A stretch of 64,000 bases of DNA from Eledone cirrhosa (taxonomy: Eukaryota). Shown here in pieces: positions 15,001 to 27,879 of this stretch; positions within the stretch are counted from its first letter, which is position 1; each line of letters starts with the position of its first letter. The stretch is taken from positions 34,658,001-34,722,000 of the forward strand of contig OZ024748.1 in NCBI GenBank assembly GCA_964016885.1, in the 5' to 3' direction. Below the pieces are notes generated by a model, which was not told the origin of the DNA, searched no databases, and worked only from the letters and a program-made list of their open reading frames with translations. The position numbers were made by a program, and so were the translations under genes.

Positions 15001-15370
15001 GATGGTGGTGGTGGTGATAGTTGTTGTTTGTGGTGTGATGGTGGTGGTGGTGATAGTTGTTGTTGGTGGTGGGGTGATGATGGTGGTGGTTGTGATAGTT
15101 GTTGTGGTGGTGTGATGGTGGTGGTGATGATAGTTGTTGTTGTGCTGTGATGGTGGTGGTGGTGATAGTTGTTGTTGATGGTGGGGTGATGGTGGTGGTG
15201 GTGATAGTTGTTGTTGGTGGTGGTGGTGATAGTTGTTGGTGGTGGTGGTGTGATGGTGGTGGTGGTGATAGTTGTTGTTGGTGGTGTGATGGTGGTGGTG
15301 GTGATAGTTGTTGTTGGTTGTGGTGATAGTTGTTGTTGGTGGTGTGATGGTTGTGGTGGTGATAGTTATT
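1..15370. repeat. Compound minisatellite, unit about 33-39 bp, consensus GTGATG(GTG)4ATAGTT(GTT)2(GGT)2-3; runs off the window start
   Basis: Continuous array, + strand almost free of C. All Val/Gly-rich and Cys/Trp-rich ORFs in this span are translations of the repeat. Confidence 0.98.
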
Positions 15371-15855
15371 GTGGTGTTGTTTTAACTGCTCAACTTACCT
15401 TAACGTTCAAAATCTTCCCCTTTGTTCTTAAGTCCGATTAACCCAACAGAAACGCCACAAACATGCCATGAAACAACAGATTTTCTCTCCTTTGAAGTCG
15501 ACAACAGAAACACGCTAATTGTCTGGCGTATCTCCACTTCTTTACGTCATTTCATCGGCGACAATTCTCAGAAATGAACTCAAAAATAATTGGCTCCCCT
15601 TCTTCTACGCTAATGCGATCCAGTGTCGCCTTCATAGATAAACACTAACACAAAATCTTATTGTCGTTGCCTTAGTTATTGTTGTAGTAGTAGTTGTTGC
15701 AGTAAGTTACGGTAGATTTACGGATATCTTAAGTAATTGTCTATTGAAGTCCCCAGCAGTAAATTATCACCAAATGTTAGCCAGGCTACTTACCTACGAC
15801 GAAAATAGTCATCAGTTTAAAGATATTCTCAATGTGTTTGTTAAGCCCTTTCATT

Positions 15856-16087
<232 letters not shown>

Positions 16088-16162
16088 CGAAGGAAATGTG
16101 GTAAGGAACCAGGTGGACCATAACGCACCAAAGTACTCAATACTTAGGGTAGTAGAGTGGGA

Positions 16163-16269
16163 ATAGGAACGAGTAGGACCCTGACGGCTGAGTTCAAGCC
16201 GTTTCGACGGCTGAGTCCAGAATTAGCCGTCGAAACGGCTTGAGCTCAGCGGTCGGGGTCCTACTCGTT

Positions 16270-16274
<5 letters not shown>
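16163..16274. mobile_element. Palindromic MITE-like element (about 50 bp arms, TA flanks)
   Basis: TAGGAACGAGTAGGACCCTGACGGCTGAGTTCAAGCCGTTTCGACGGCT is the near-perfect reverse complement of AGCCGTCGAAACGGCTTGAGCTCAGCGGTCGGGGTCCTACTCGTTCCTA. Confidence 0.6.
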
Positions 16275-16357
<83 letters not shown>

Positions 16358-16362
<5 letters not shown>

Positions 16363-16470
16363 GTTTCTACTTTTGGCACAAGGCCAGCAAATACCCAGTA
16401 CATTACTGGTACTTTATTTTATAAGTAAGGATGAAAGGCAAAGTTAACCTCGGCGGGATTTGAACTCAGA
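16358..16470 (-). mobile_element. tRNA-derived SINE (family 1), 5'-truncated
   Basis: Matches the B-box-to-tail part of the copies at 22718-22900 and 35553-35742. Confidence 0.85.
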
Positions 16471-16611
16471 CCATAGAAAGCGCTTAACAAACACATTGAG
16501 AAGTACGTCAATACTCATTTTTTCCATTTATCTGAGGGTTCTAAACCCCATTATCAGGCTAAAATTCCTTTAGTCAAAAATACGGTGAAAGCTATTCTAT
16601 TTTCTAATATA

Positions 16612-16734
<123 letters not shown>

Positions 16735-16879
16735 TAAAATCCCGTCGAGTACAACTTGTTAGTATGCTCCATGTTTTCTCTAAAGTGTTTAAGGTGTCCT
16801 TACAGTCATGACTAGACACCCTCTCACCCCTCCCTTGATCCAGCGGAATATCGAAAATGTGACAGTTGGAAGAAAGGGG

Positions 16880-17010
16880 CTTCATTACCACCGGGCTGGT
16901 ATTTTCTTTATCGACCGCGAAATAATGAAAAGTTAACTGGACCTTGACGGGATTTGAGCTCAAAGCGCAGAGATCCGGAACAAATCTCCACCGCTCTAAC
17001 GAATCTGGCA
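16880..17010 (-). mobile_element. Diverged family 1 SINE
   Basis: TTTATCGACC...GAAAAGTTAACTGGACCTTGACGGGATTTGAGCTCA resembles the SINE core. Confidence 0.6.
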
Positions 17011-17404
17011 TGTGTGTGTGTGTGTGTGTGTGTGTTTATCAGTATATCTATCAACAATCCAAACGAGACTTTTCCGCCTATTTCTGGATAAAGAGGGAAT
17101 TATAGGAGAATTAAATTAGACAATCTTTTATCTATTTCCCAAAGACCATCTATCTATGATGAGGAATCTGGTTGTCATTGTGTGAAATAATTTCCCACGT
17201 GGGGGGCTTGGTGTAACACCTGCAATAGCAGCGTTGATTGAAACTTGCAAGATATCTATCTTTACGAACACACACTCACACACGCACACACATATACACA
17301 CACACATACACGCATTTAGATATACACGCATACACACACAGATATACACACAAGCACGCACACTCATATTTTGTTTCACAGATGCATGTCCACATCTCCA
17401 GACA

Positions 17405-17522
17405 TGAATGGACAGGAAACGTCGGACAGAATGCTTTACAGTTTTTGTTTCATGCCTCTGCGCTCTCAGTTCAAATCCCGCCGAGGTCAACTTCGCTTTT
17501 CATTATTTTGAGGTCGATAAAG
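17405..17522 (+). mobile_element. Family 1 SINE fragment
   Basis: AGTTCAAATCCCGCCGAGGTCAACTTCGCTTTTCAT...GGTCGATAA. Confidence 0.75.
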
Positions 17523-17761
17523 ATGTACATATCGATTACGAGAGATGATTCTTTCTCTCCCTCTTTAAGAAATCAGTTGTGTTGCGACCAGGAGAGGGAT
17601 GAACTCCTTGGTATGTGTGGAGACAGTGTCTTCATGACTCTAAGAGCTAAGGGCTGAAGTTCATTTGAAACACAAATACACCATCAGTTTCATATATGGA
17701 CAAGGCCTTCTGTTTTAGCTCTTTATAATTGCAACACTAATCATGATAGTTATTAATATTG

Positions 17762-17975
17762 GGTGGGTTGGTAGAATCGGTAGAGCGTCGGCCAAATAGC
17801 TTATTTGTTTCGGCTCTTTATGTCTTAAACTCAAATCCTGCCGAGGTCAACTTTGCCTTTTCTGCTTTCAGAGGTCGATAAAATAATGTACCAGTGATGC
17901 ACTGGAGCCGATTTTATTGACTTTCCCTTCCTCCAAATTGCTGGCCTTGTTCCTAAACTAAAAATCATCATTATT
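17762..17975 (+). mobile_element. Family 1 SINE, near full length, longer subfamily
   Basis: A-box-like TGGTAGAATCGG, core CTCAAATCCTGCCGAGGTCAACTTTGCC, tail GCTGGCCTTGTTCCTAAA followed by ATT repeats. Confidence 0.8.
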
Positions 17976-18493
17976 ATTGTTGTTGTTGTTGTTATTTCTT
18001 TCTCTACTGTTTTTGTGATAGAACAACAATGATGGTGGACGTATTTGGAATTGAGAAATTTCACATATTGTGATAATACAAACAAACAATAACAGAACAA
18101 TTAGAGACACGGAAAATGCGCTGGTTTCTTATAGTTAATTCGCCCACAGAGAGAGGGGGTGAGAGAGAGGGGGCAGAGAGAGAGAGAGAAAGGTGAACAA
18201 AGAAGGAGAGAGATCGTTATAGTCATCCATTCATCGGATCACTAAAGCTGATTAGGATAATTCTAATCCCTATCTCTGACAGTCTCACCAAAGACATGAC
18301 TGAGGTGGCGTAGCCCAAACTCCCGTTGTAGTAACTTATTGATTCCACACATCGTCATACACACACACACACAATAAATAAGTATATATATATATATATA
18401 TACTGTATATATATTTATATATATAAATAAGTATATATATATACATATATATATATATATAAATAAGTATATATATATATACATATATATATT

Positions 18494-18571
<78 letters not shown>

Positions 18572-19892
18572 TATAATGTATGCATGTGTGTAAGTATTTA
18601 TATACATATATAGTTATATATACACAAACCTATGTATGTGTATGTATGTACGTCTGTATATATGTTTGTTTGTACTACATGATAGGTATGTAAGTAGACA
18701 AGTATAAAGTTTCTCTCTGATATACATAGTATTAAAAGAACTTTTGAAATATCGTTCGGCAACGACTGACGACATTAAAGGAGATTCTTATCAAAGCAAA
18801 CAATGTGGCTATAACTGTGGACTCTAATGAATTGGCAAACTATCAGTTCTACCAAAATGAGCATCTTGTTTATAACAAACCATTTGACGATCTTTGTTTA
18901 CTAATATCATCATCCAAGGTAGTTTTATGTATTAGATTGGTTGCTTTCATGATCACCGCCTCGGCTACCACTGCTAGCAGCAATAACAATAACAACGAAC
19001 ACAACAATAACAACGACCACAACAATAACAACGACCACAACAATAATGACCACATTACCATTAGCTACAACAATAACAACATTAACAATAACAACATCAA
19101 CCAACCGTAACACTGAGCAACAAACAACACCTACCATTATCGCGTATTAAAAAAACACACACGACAAAAACACACACAGGCTCCAACACACACTCGCAGG
19201 TACATTCTCAAAAGCCAAATATTTTTCTATCCCCGCCCTGTTTTATCTATCTATTCATCCGTATATCTGTCTGTCCGTCCATCTAACTCTCTATCTATCT
19301 ATCCATCTATGAACCCATCTACCCATCTATATATCTATCTATCGATCTATCGATCTATCTATATATCTATACATCTATCTATCTATATATATATCTATCT
19401 ATATATCTATCTATATATCTATCTATCTAGGAAATTCCAGAGAATATTCTAGAAAAATCTAAACTCATTAAAAGTTTTCGACATTTATTACATCTGATCT
19501 TTAACAGAAATAGAATCTAACAACTCTTCGTTTTTTTTTATTGTTCTTAGTTCACAGTTTCAAAGAACTCACTTTCATTTCATTTTATTATATCTTTTAA
19601 TGTTTTCCCCATCACTGGCTTTCTTTTTTTTTTCTATTTAGATTCGTTTCGACTGTGTTAATTTTGGTTGTTTTTCAAACCATCCACAAACATTTCATAA
19701 GATCGGTATCAATCGGTACATTACAACGAATTTGTATTAATTTCTTCGGCAAACTTCGGTATACTTCGGAGAACTTCGACAAGTTTTCCTACAAATCAAA
19801 TGTCCATATAATTTAACAAACATTTTGGAAACCCTCTGTCATATCAAAATAGAGAAACACAGTGTGTGTGAGTACACACACACAAGCACACG

Positions 19893-19983
<91 letters not shown>

Positions 19984-20149
19984 GTGTAACATATATACAG
20001 GAACAGTGTAATCGGTGATTCTATGCCTAAGTGAGTTAATAAAAAAAGCACACAAAGATAATGAGGAATATTTTTCACGAGTTGCCAGGATCCCGAGATA
20101 CTTCGGTAGGAATTCAACTGAAGACACTCGTTTAGCTGTACAATCAGTA

Positions 20150-20452
20150 TATAGCAGCTATTGACACCAATATATAACAGCTATCAACACCAGTATATTA
20201 TAGTAGCTATTGACACCAAGAGTAGTTGCTATTGACACCAATATATAACACCTATTGACACCAATATATAACAGCTATTGACACCAATATATAGTTGCTA
20301 TTGACACCAATATATAACAGCTATTGACACCAATATATAGTAACTATTGACACCAATATATAACAGCTATTGACACCAATATATAGTTGCTATTGACACC
20401 AATATATAACACCTATTGACACCAATATATTTACACCAAGAGTTGTTGCTAT
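20150..20452. repeat. 23-bp minisatellite TATTGACACCAATATATA(ACAGC/GTTGC), about 12 copies
   Basis: Direct inspection; two variants largely alternate. Confidence 0.92.
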
Positions 20453-20570
20453 AGAAAGAGACCAAGAACAGGAAAAAGAACCAATTGGTCACTATCTTCG
20501 TAAATTAATTATTGTTAGTGAAAAATACTATCCGAATGCTCTACTGGAAAATAAAATATGTTGAGAAGCT

Positions 20571-22312
20571 TAAATATATACCAAGTACTAAATAGTAGAT
20601 TAAATATATACCAAGTACTAAATAGTAGATTAAATATATACCAAGTGCTAAATAGTAGATTAAATATATACCAAGTGCTAAATAGTAAATTAAATGTATA
20701 CCAAATACTAAATAGTAGATTAAATATATACCAAGTACTAAATGGTAGATTAAATATATACCAAGTACTAAATAGTAGATTAAATATATACCAAGTGCTA
20801 AATAGTAGATTAAATATATACCAAGTGCTAAATAGTAGATTAAATATATAGCAAGTACTAAATAGTAGATTAAATATATACCAAGTGCTAAATAGTAGAT
20901 TAAATATATACCAAGTATTAAATAGTAGATTAAATATATACCAAGTGCTAAATAGTAAATTAAATATATACCAAGTGCTAAATAGTAGATTAAATATATA
21001 CCAAGTGCTAAATAGTAGATTAAATATATACCAAGTTCTAAATAGTAGATTAAATATATACCAAGTGCTAAATAGTAAATTAAATATATACCAAGTGCTA
21101 AATAGTAGATTAAATATATACCAAGTGCTAAATAGTAGATTAAATATATAGCAAGTGCTAAATATTAGATTAAATATATACCAAGTCCTAAATAGTAGAT
21201 TAAATATATACCAAGTGCTAAATATTAGATTAAATATATACCAAGTTCTAAATAGTAGATTAAATATATACCAAGTCCTAAATAGTAGATTAAATATATA
21301 CCAAGTGCTAAATAGTAGATTAAATATATACCAAGTACTAAATAGTAGATTAAATATATACCAAGTGCTAAATAGTAGATTAAATATATACCAAGTGCTA
21401 AATAGTAGATTAAATATATACCAAGTGCTAAATAGTAGATTAAATATATAGCAAGTGCTAAATATTAGATTAAATATATACCAAGTACTAAATAGTAGAT
21501 TAAATATATAGCAAGTGCTAAATATTAGATTAAATATATACCAAGTACTAAATAGTAGATTAAATATATACCAAGTGCTAAATAGTAAATTAAATATATA
21601 CCAAGTGCTAAATAGTAGATTAAATATATACCAAGTGCTAAATAGTAGATTAAATATATAGCAAGTGCTAAATATTAGATTAAATATATACCAAGTACTA
21701 AATAGTAGATTAAATATATAGCAAGTGCTAAATATTAGATTAAATATATACCAAGTACTAAATAGTAGATTAAATATATACCAAGTGCTAAATAGTAAAT
21801 TAAATATATACCAAGTGCTAAATAGTAGATTAAATATATACCAAGTGCTAAATAGTAGATTAAATATATACCAAGTGCTAAATAGTAGATTAAATATATA
21901 CCAAGTGCTAAATAGTAGATTAAATATATAGCAAGTGCTAAATATTAGATTAAATATATACCAAGTGCTAAATAGTAGATTAAATATATACCAAGTGCTA
22001 AATAGTAGATTAAATATATACCAAGTTCTAAATAGTAGATTAAATATATACCAAGTGCTAAATAGTAGATTAAATATATACCAAGTGCTAAATAGTAGAT
22101 TAAATATATACCAAGTGCTAAATAGTAGATTAAATATATACCAAGTGCTAAATATTAGATTAAATATATACCAAGTCCTAAATATTAGATTAAATATATA
22201 CCAAGTTCTAAATAGTAGATTAAATATATACCAAGTGCTAAATAGTAAATTAAATATATACCAAGTGCTAAATAGTAGATTAAATATATACCAAGTGCTA
22301 AATAGTAGATTA
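20571..22312. repeat. 30-bp satellite TAAATATATACCAAGTGCTAAATAGTAGAT, about 58 copies
   Basis: Exact 30-bp period with no indels; source of the spurious 632 aa minus-strand ORF. Confidence 0.98.
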
Positions 22313-22394
22313 ACAAAAACTAAAGCCGTCACACGTAATTGAGTATGGTTTGTAGTATCCTCCGTGCTTTCGTTAAGGGCTTTGGGCGGCCGAG

Positions 22395-22636
22395 CTGTCG
22401 TGAGCAGAGACAACCACCTGCACGACCCTCCCTCCTGTCATGAGCAGAGACAAACACCTGCACGACCCTCCCCCCTGTCGTGAGCAGAGACAAACACCTG
22501 CACGACCCTCCCTCCTGTCGTGAGCAGAGACAAACACCTGCACGACCCTCCCTCCTGTCGTGAGCAGAGAGAAACACCTGCACGACCCTCCCTCCTGCCG
22601 TGAGGAGAGACAAACACCTGCACGAGCCTCCCTCCT
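22395..22636. repeat. 40-bp GC-rich minisatellite GTCGTGAGCAGAGACAAACACCTGCACGACCCTCCCTCCT, 6 copies
   Basis: TGAGCAGAGA or a variant recurs at 22401, 22441, 22481, 22521, 22561 and 22601. Confidence 0.95.
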
Positions 22637-22717
22637 TAAGTCCAGCGAATATCCAGGATATGAAACCTGGAAAGAGATAGAGAGGGAGCTATCCTACTAC
22701 TGGGCTACAATCATAAT

Positions 22718-22900
22718 TGTTTCTACTTTAGGCACAAGGCCAGCAATTACCCAGTGCATTACTGGTACTTTATTTTATCGACCCCGTAAGGATGAAAGGC
22801 AAAGTCAACCTCGGCGGGATTTGAACTCAGATCGTAAAGGGACGTAACTATGCTGGAAAGCATGGCGTCCGATTCTCTACCGATACTGCCAATCCACCGC
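22718..22900 (-). mobile_element. Full-length tRNA-derived SINE (family 1) with 18-bp target-site duplication
   Basis: On the minus strand: A box TGGCAGTATCGG, B box GAGTTCAAATCC, tail GGCCTTGTGCCTAAAGTAGAAACA. CTGGGCTACAATCATAAT is duplicated at 22700-22717 and 22901-22918. Confidence 0.93.
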
Positions 22901-22952
22901 CTGGGCTACAATCATAATGGAAGATACACATAAACCTAAGTAATGTAAATGG

Positions 22953-23031
<79 letters not shown>

Positions 23032-23203
23032 TAGTAGTAGTGGTGGTGGTGTGGGAGGGACGGAGGGTTGTGTATATGTTATTGTCATCAATTCATTACT
23101 AGAAGGATGAAAAGTAAGATCCATTATTTCGGTAAGATTTAAGCTGAGAAAAAACTAATTATTACTGTATAGCATTTATTCCGGTGATCAAAAGGATAAA
23201 AGG

Positions 23204-23279
<76 letters not shown>

Positions 23280-24335
23280 GTGTGTGTGTTTCACACTTTA
23301 CACAAAAAAGGAGAAGACAATGCAAATGTTATCTCGAAAGTAATCTCTTATTGTTTGCTAAAAAGATCCCGATAAGACTAAACACTCACCTTACTAAGAA
23401 CAACATCAACAGCAATTTCAATTAATAAAAACAAAATAAACAATAGAATGAAATACTAAACAAATAAATTAATAACATTAATAATGATTTCTTTTTAAAA
23501 GTGATTTTGTTTTATTTTGTATAAAAACAACCAATACTGTGGTTAAATATTATAAAAGATTTTGTAATCGTAATTTTTTTGTTTCATTTTTTTCCTTCTG
23601 ATTTCTTTATAAGATTTGTTTAAAACTTTAAATCATTAAAAATGTTGCTAGTGTTTAGATATGGCGACGAACAGTTACATTGAGAATCTAAACACGAAGT
23701 GTGAGGAAAGACACATAGAATAAAGATAAATGGTGGTGGAAACGGAAAAAGTAATTGACATGACGTCAGGGTAGAAGAGAAAGAAATACTAAACACAACA
23801 TTGAGGGCGGGAGCAGGGAAAATAGTGTATAAACCATGGCAGAGGGACGGGAGAAATAATAGCGAACATAAAATGGAGGTGAGATGGGAGAATATAGTAA
23901 ACAAAACATAAGAGAGGTGGGGTGGAGAGAAATAGTGGATATAAAATGGCGGATAATAGTGGATATAACATAGTAAACAAAGGTAGAGAGAAACAAGAAA
24001 ATATATAATGTTGACAAGGTAGGCGATTAAAGTTCGACATTATTTTGTCGCCGTTATTGTAATTCTTGAAATTAATTAAAAGAAATGTTTTTAAACTCTC
24101 ACAAATATATTTTATTCAAGGGATCAGTAAAGTTATTGTGGCATAAAAAACATTAAAGACTCAAAGACTCTATAAACACATTAGATGTGCCTGAATAAAT
24201 GCTCACACACATACACACACTCTCTCTCTCTCACACACACACACACACTCTCTCTCTCACACATACACACACTCTCTCTCTCACACACACACTCTCTCTC
24301 ACACATACACACACTCTCTCTCTCTCTCTCTCTCA

Positions 24336-24395
<60 letters not shown>

Positions 24396-25008
24396 TATAT
24401 ATGTAGTAAATATCCGTAGGGGTGAAAAAGGAAAAAAGGAAATGAGTGCTCAATCAGGGATAAGAGCTGATATATCCTTTATTTATGTTCAAACACGAAA
24501 CAAAAGCGCTGCTTAAGGTTTCAACATCCAATATTGACCATATTAGGTCACACATTTAATCCCTCTTACAATCTAGAGATATGGTCAATATTTGGCCTTG
24601 AAATCTTAGGTAGCGCTTTTGTTCCTTGTATGAACATAAATGAAGTATATAGATATACCAACCCTAATACAGGTACAACAATGACCCCATGCAATATGCA
24701 CGGACACAGTGTAACTGCAGACAACCCAACAACTGTCCCTTAAATGGAAAGTGCATGTATAGGAACATGATTTACCAGTGTGTGGTCAATAAGTTAAAGC
24801 AGGCATGTCAAACTGACATGCCTGCTTTAACTTATATATTCTAGACCGGGCGATGCGTTATGTCCTTGAGTAAGAACATTTATTTCACGTTGCTCCTTCC
24901 ACCTGGAGTCAGGACCGATAGATAGTATTAGCAATTGTCAGCATTTTGTCAGCATTTTCTTTTCCTTTTACCAATATATCATAACTCGTGTGTTACACCT
25001 CTATTCCT

Positions 25009-25047
<39 letters not shown>

Positions 25048-25519
25048 ATAATAGTAATAATAATAAAATTGAAGACTAAAATCCAGAGAGGGCTCGATAA
25101 GGAAAATATATATGAAATATATAAGAACCGAAGAGCAAATATTTATTAAAATAACAGATTAAAGTTTAAGCAAAGAATCGCTGCTTTCACCCTTAACGGG
25201 ATCTTCTGAAACTAACAAAGTCAATCTGTAAACGCAGAACTGGATATTTCAAAAAACGTTACAACCGGAGGAAGACAGGAAGACGATACTTTGGTTCATG
25301 GTGACGTTCGCTGGCAAAGAACGGGGAAAAAAAACGAATAATACGTCATTTAGAATTTTAGTCTACGACTTCTGCTATACCATTTGCGTGGTTTTGTCTT
25401 TGCACGCTATTGTTCTCCACGCTCCACATATGACTTATTATCTTCGTTTTTTCGTTCATTGCCAGAGAACGTCTCTATGCACCACTTAGATAACATTAGT
25501 CTACGACCTCTTTTATATA

Positions 25520-25567
<48 letters not shown>

Positions 25568-25699
25568 GTACGTATGTGCGTATGTATATATACATATATA
25601 TGTGTGAGTGTGTGTATGTATATAAATATATGTGTGTGTATGTGTATATACATAAGTGTACGTGTGTGTATGTGTATATGTAAATGTACACTCTTTTAA

Positions 25700-26166
25700 G
25701 TTATTAAATTTGTTTTTATTTGTGGAATATATCTTGTGAATATAGTTTAATAGAAGAGAAAACGAAGGAAAAAACAAAACTAGGAAATAACGCTAAGCAG
25801 AGGGGGTGGCAATAACTCTAGGGTTGCAGAAGCGAGATGGGTGAAGGGAATGATGATTTGGCTTTGGGCCTAGCGCACGGAGGCAGAAGGGCTGCACCTC
25901 GCAAAAGCATTCCCGCGGACAATGGCCAGTGACACCCGCTGCAACAACCACCCAACCTCACGCAGCTCCCTCCTCAGACGGGCCGCCGACGTTTCGATCT
26001 TGCGGAGGAGCTCAGCTGCATGGGGTCTAAGTACGCCTGAGGTCACGGTGGTGGTGACCGGTGCGAAGAGAACACGGCCGGATAGTCCCCGGTATTTGTT
26101 TATTTTCCGTTCTTCTGCGAGGCGGGCCGTGATACCGGGGTTTGTGGCCGAAGCGACTAATCCTCG
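25700..26166 (-). mobile_element. 5'-truncated CRE-clade-like non-LTR retrotransposon (C-terminus of restriction-like endonuclease plus 3' UTR)
   Basis: My minus-strand translation of 26166-25870 reads RGLVASATNPGITARLAEERKINKYRGLSGRVLFAPVTTTVTSGVLRPHAAELLRKIETSAARLRRELREVGWLLQRVSLAIVRGNAFARCSPSASVR*. AE..K..KY, F.P and QR.S.AI.RGNA are CRE-type motifs. Locally GC-rich. Confidence 0.8.
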
Positions 26167-27625
26167 CTTACTTCATATTATTTTGCTTACTTTACTCGCC
26201 TTGTCTCTCCCACACCTACCATTTCTGCTTCATCTCTATAGGTGTGAGTCAGTTGCCTTTAGGTTCGAGTAGATAACAATAAGAAAATTCTTATTGCAAG
26301 ATGCAACGATCTCTATGAACATTATACTCTTTCTGATGAAGTGCAATATTTTACGTAATGCTTGCGATTGAGCATAACATTATATAATTAGTGTTCGTAG
26401 ACTGATATTGTTTTGAAACATGTTAAAGAATAAACTCTAAATAAATCTCTTACTTCTAATCTTTACTTCTTGCCTAGTCATTTGATTTCCTAATATTATA
26501 CCTTTAAATTTATATATATATATGACTAGATATATATTTTGTCGTGATTATTGTAGGTTTGTTTTGGGTCTATTAAGATAAAGGCGGTGAATTGAGTCGT
26601 TAAAACGTTTTAACGTCTTGCTATTTGATCCAGCTTCCTGAGTTCAAATACCGCCCTCTATCACCCGAAAAGCGGTGATACTTTGTCAGGAGTTGTGACC
26701 GATAGAGAGTATTAGCATTAGAAAAACCCGTGCAAACATTTTCTTTTGTACTGACTGATATCAGCAATGGTAAGACCAATGGAAACCTTTTCTTTGGTCC
26801 CATCTGATGATAGACGTCTTTCCTTCCCCTTTTTTCCATTTTTATGCAGATAATATTATATTAGAGGAAACAAGGAACGCAGCTTTGAAGTCTATACATA
26901 CAAATGCCTCCCATCTTTAAAAAATGGGAAAATAACATATAATACAGTCGTAGTTATTCTTACAGTAGAAATATCTTTGATCATAAATTAGTTGGATCAG
27001 GGTTGACCTGAGGTTAAACGATAACAGAAACAATAAGAACGGGTTGTTGCTATCTACTTTCTCGAGTATATTACTTAACTTAATGCAATATTGTAATATG
27101 TAAAATTTTTGGCAACGTTTATAAAACTTGGAAAATATTTCCCAAGATGTTTATATTACTCAATAAATATATTCCTTTGCTGTTTATGTTTATTGACAAA
27201 GCTTTGTGGAGGTGGATTTTATGACAAAAGCTTATTGATAAATTAATACTATAAACCTTTAATTTTGAACAATGTTATTAAATTTCTGTATATGTTTATC
27301 TTATTGTATTTATTTAACTATTTTGATACTAAAATGCCTGAAACCACCCCTAGTTCTACAATACAAAACTGTTTGTATTTATCTGAAAAGCTTCCATCAT
27401 AATTTTATGACAACCCTTTGTTAAATTATGTTACAAACACCAGCTTAATAATTGTCATAAAACCCCATCAAATTCTTGATTCGGTAAAAACAATTATTGT
27501 AAACTGTAAACAGTGACTAATATTAAAAGTGACGAATGGGTTTAATAACATCGTTGATTAATGAATTTATTCTCATCTCTCCCTCTCTTCCTCTCATCTC
27601 TCTCTCTCTCTCTCTCTCTCTTCCC

Positions 27626-27696
<71 letters not shown>

Positions 27697-27773
27697 ACTC
27701 CTTCTCTCGCTCACTTACTCTCTCTATCACTCACCCAATCTCTCACTCTCGCTCACCCACTCTCTTTCTCGTT

Positions 27774-27837
<64 letters not shown>

Positions 27838-27879
27838 CGCTCTCTCTAACTCTTATTTATCCGTTTTCTCTTTCCCTAG

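Noticed and set aside
114-15441. Long Val/Gly-rich and WWCDGGGGDSCC ORFs, up to 1387 aa
   Set aside because: Translations of a triplet-built satellite; overlapping frames are open, frameshifts are scattered and there is no unique coding flank.
15394-15660. Possible minus-strand exon ending in AAG|GTAAGT at 15399
   Set aside because: Good donor consensus, but all three frames contain stops and no protein is recognisable; a non-coding exon cannot be shown without transcripts.
18805-19110. 101 aa ORF considered as the TKRP signal-peptide exon
   Set aside because: No ATG ahead of a proper hydrophobic core, and the tail is an AAC microsatellite. No convincing first exon was found in 15.4-27.8 kb.
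20515-22413. 632 aa ORF of FNLLFSTWYI repeats; also a CRISPR-like 30-bp period
   Set aside because: The unit length is a multiple of 3 and lacks a stop by chance; there are no unique spacers or cas genes.
25922-26272. 116 aa plus-strand ORF
   Set aside because: Antisense shadow of the GC-rich CRE-like fragment.
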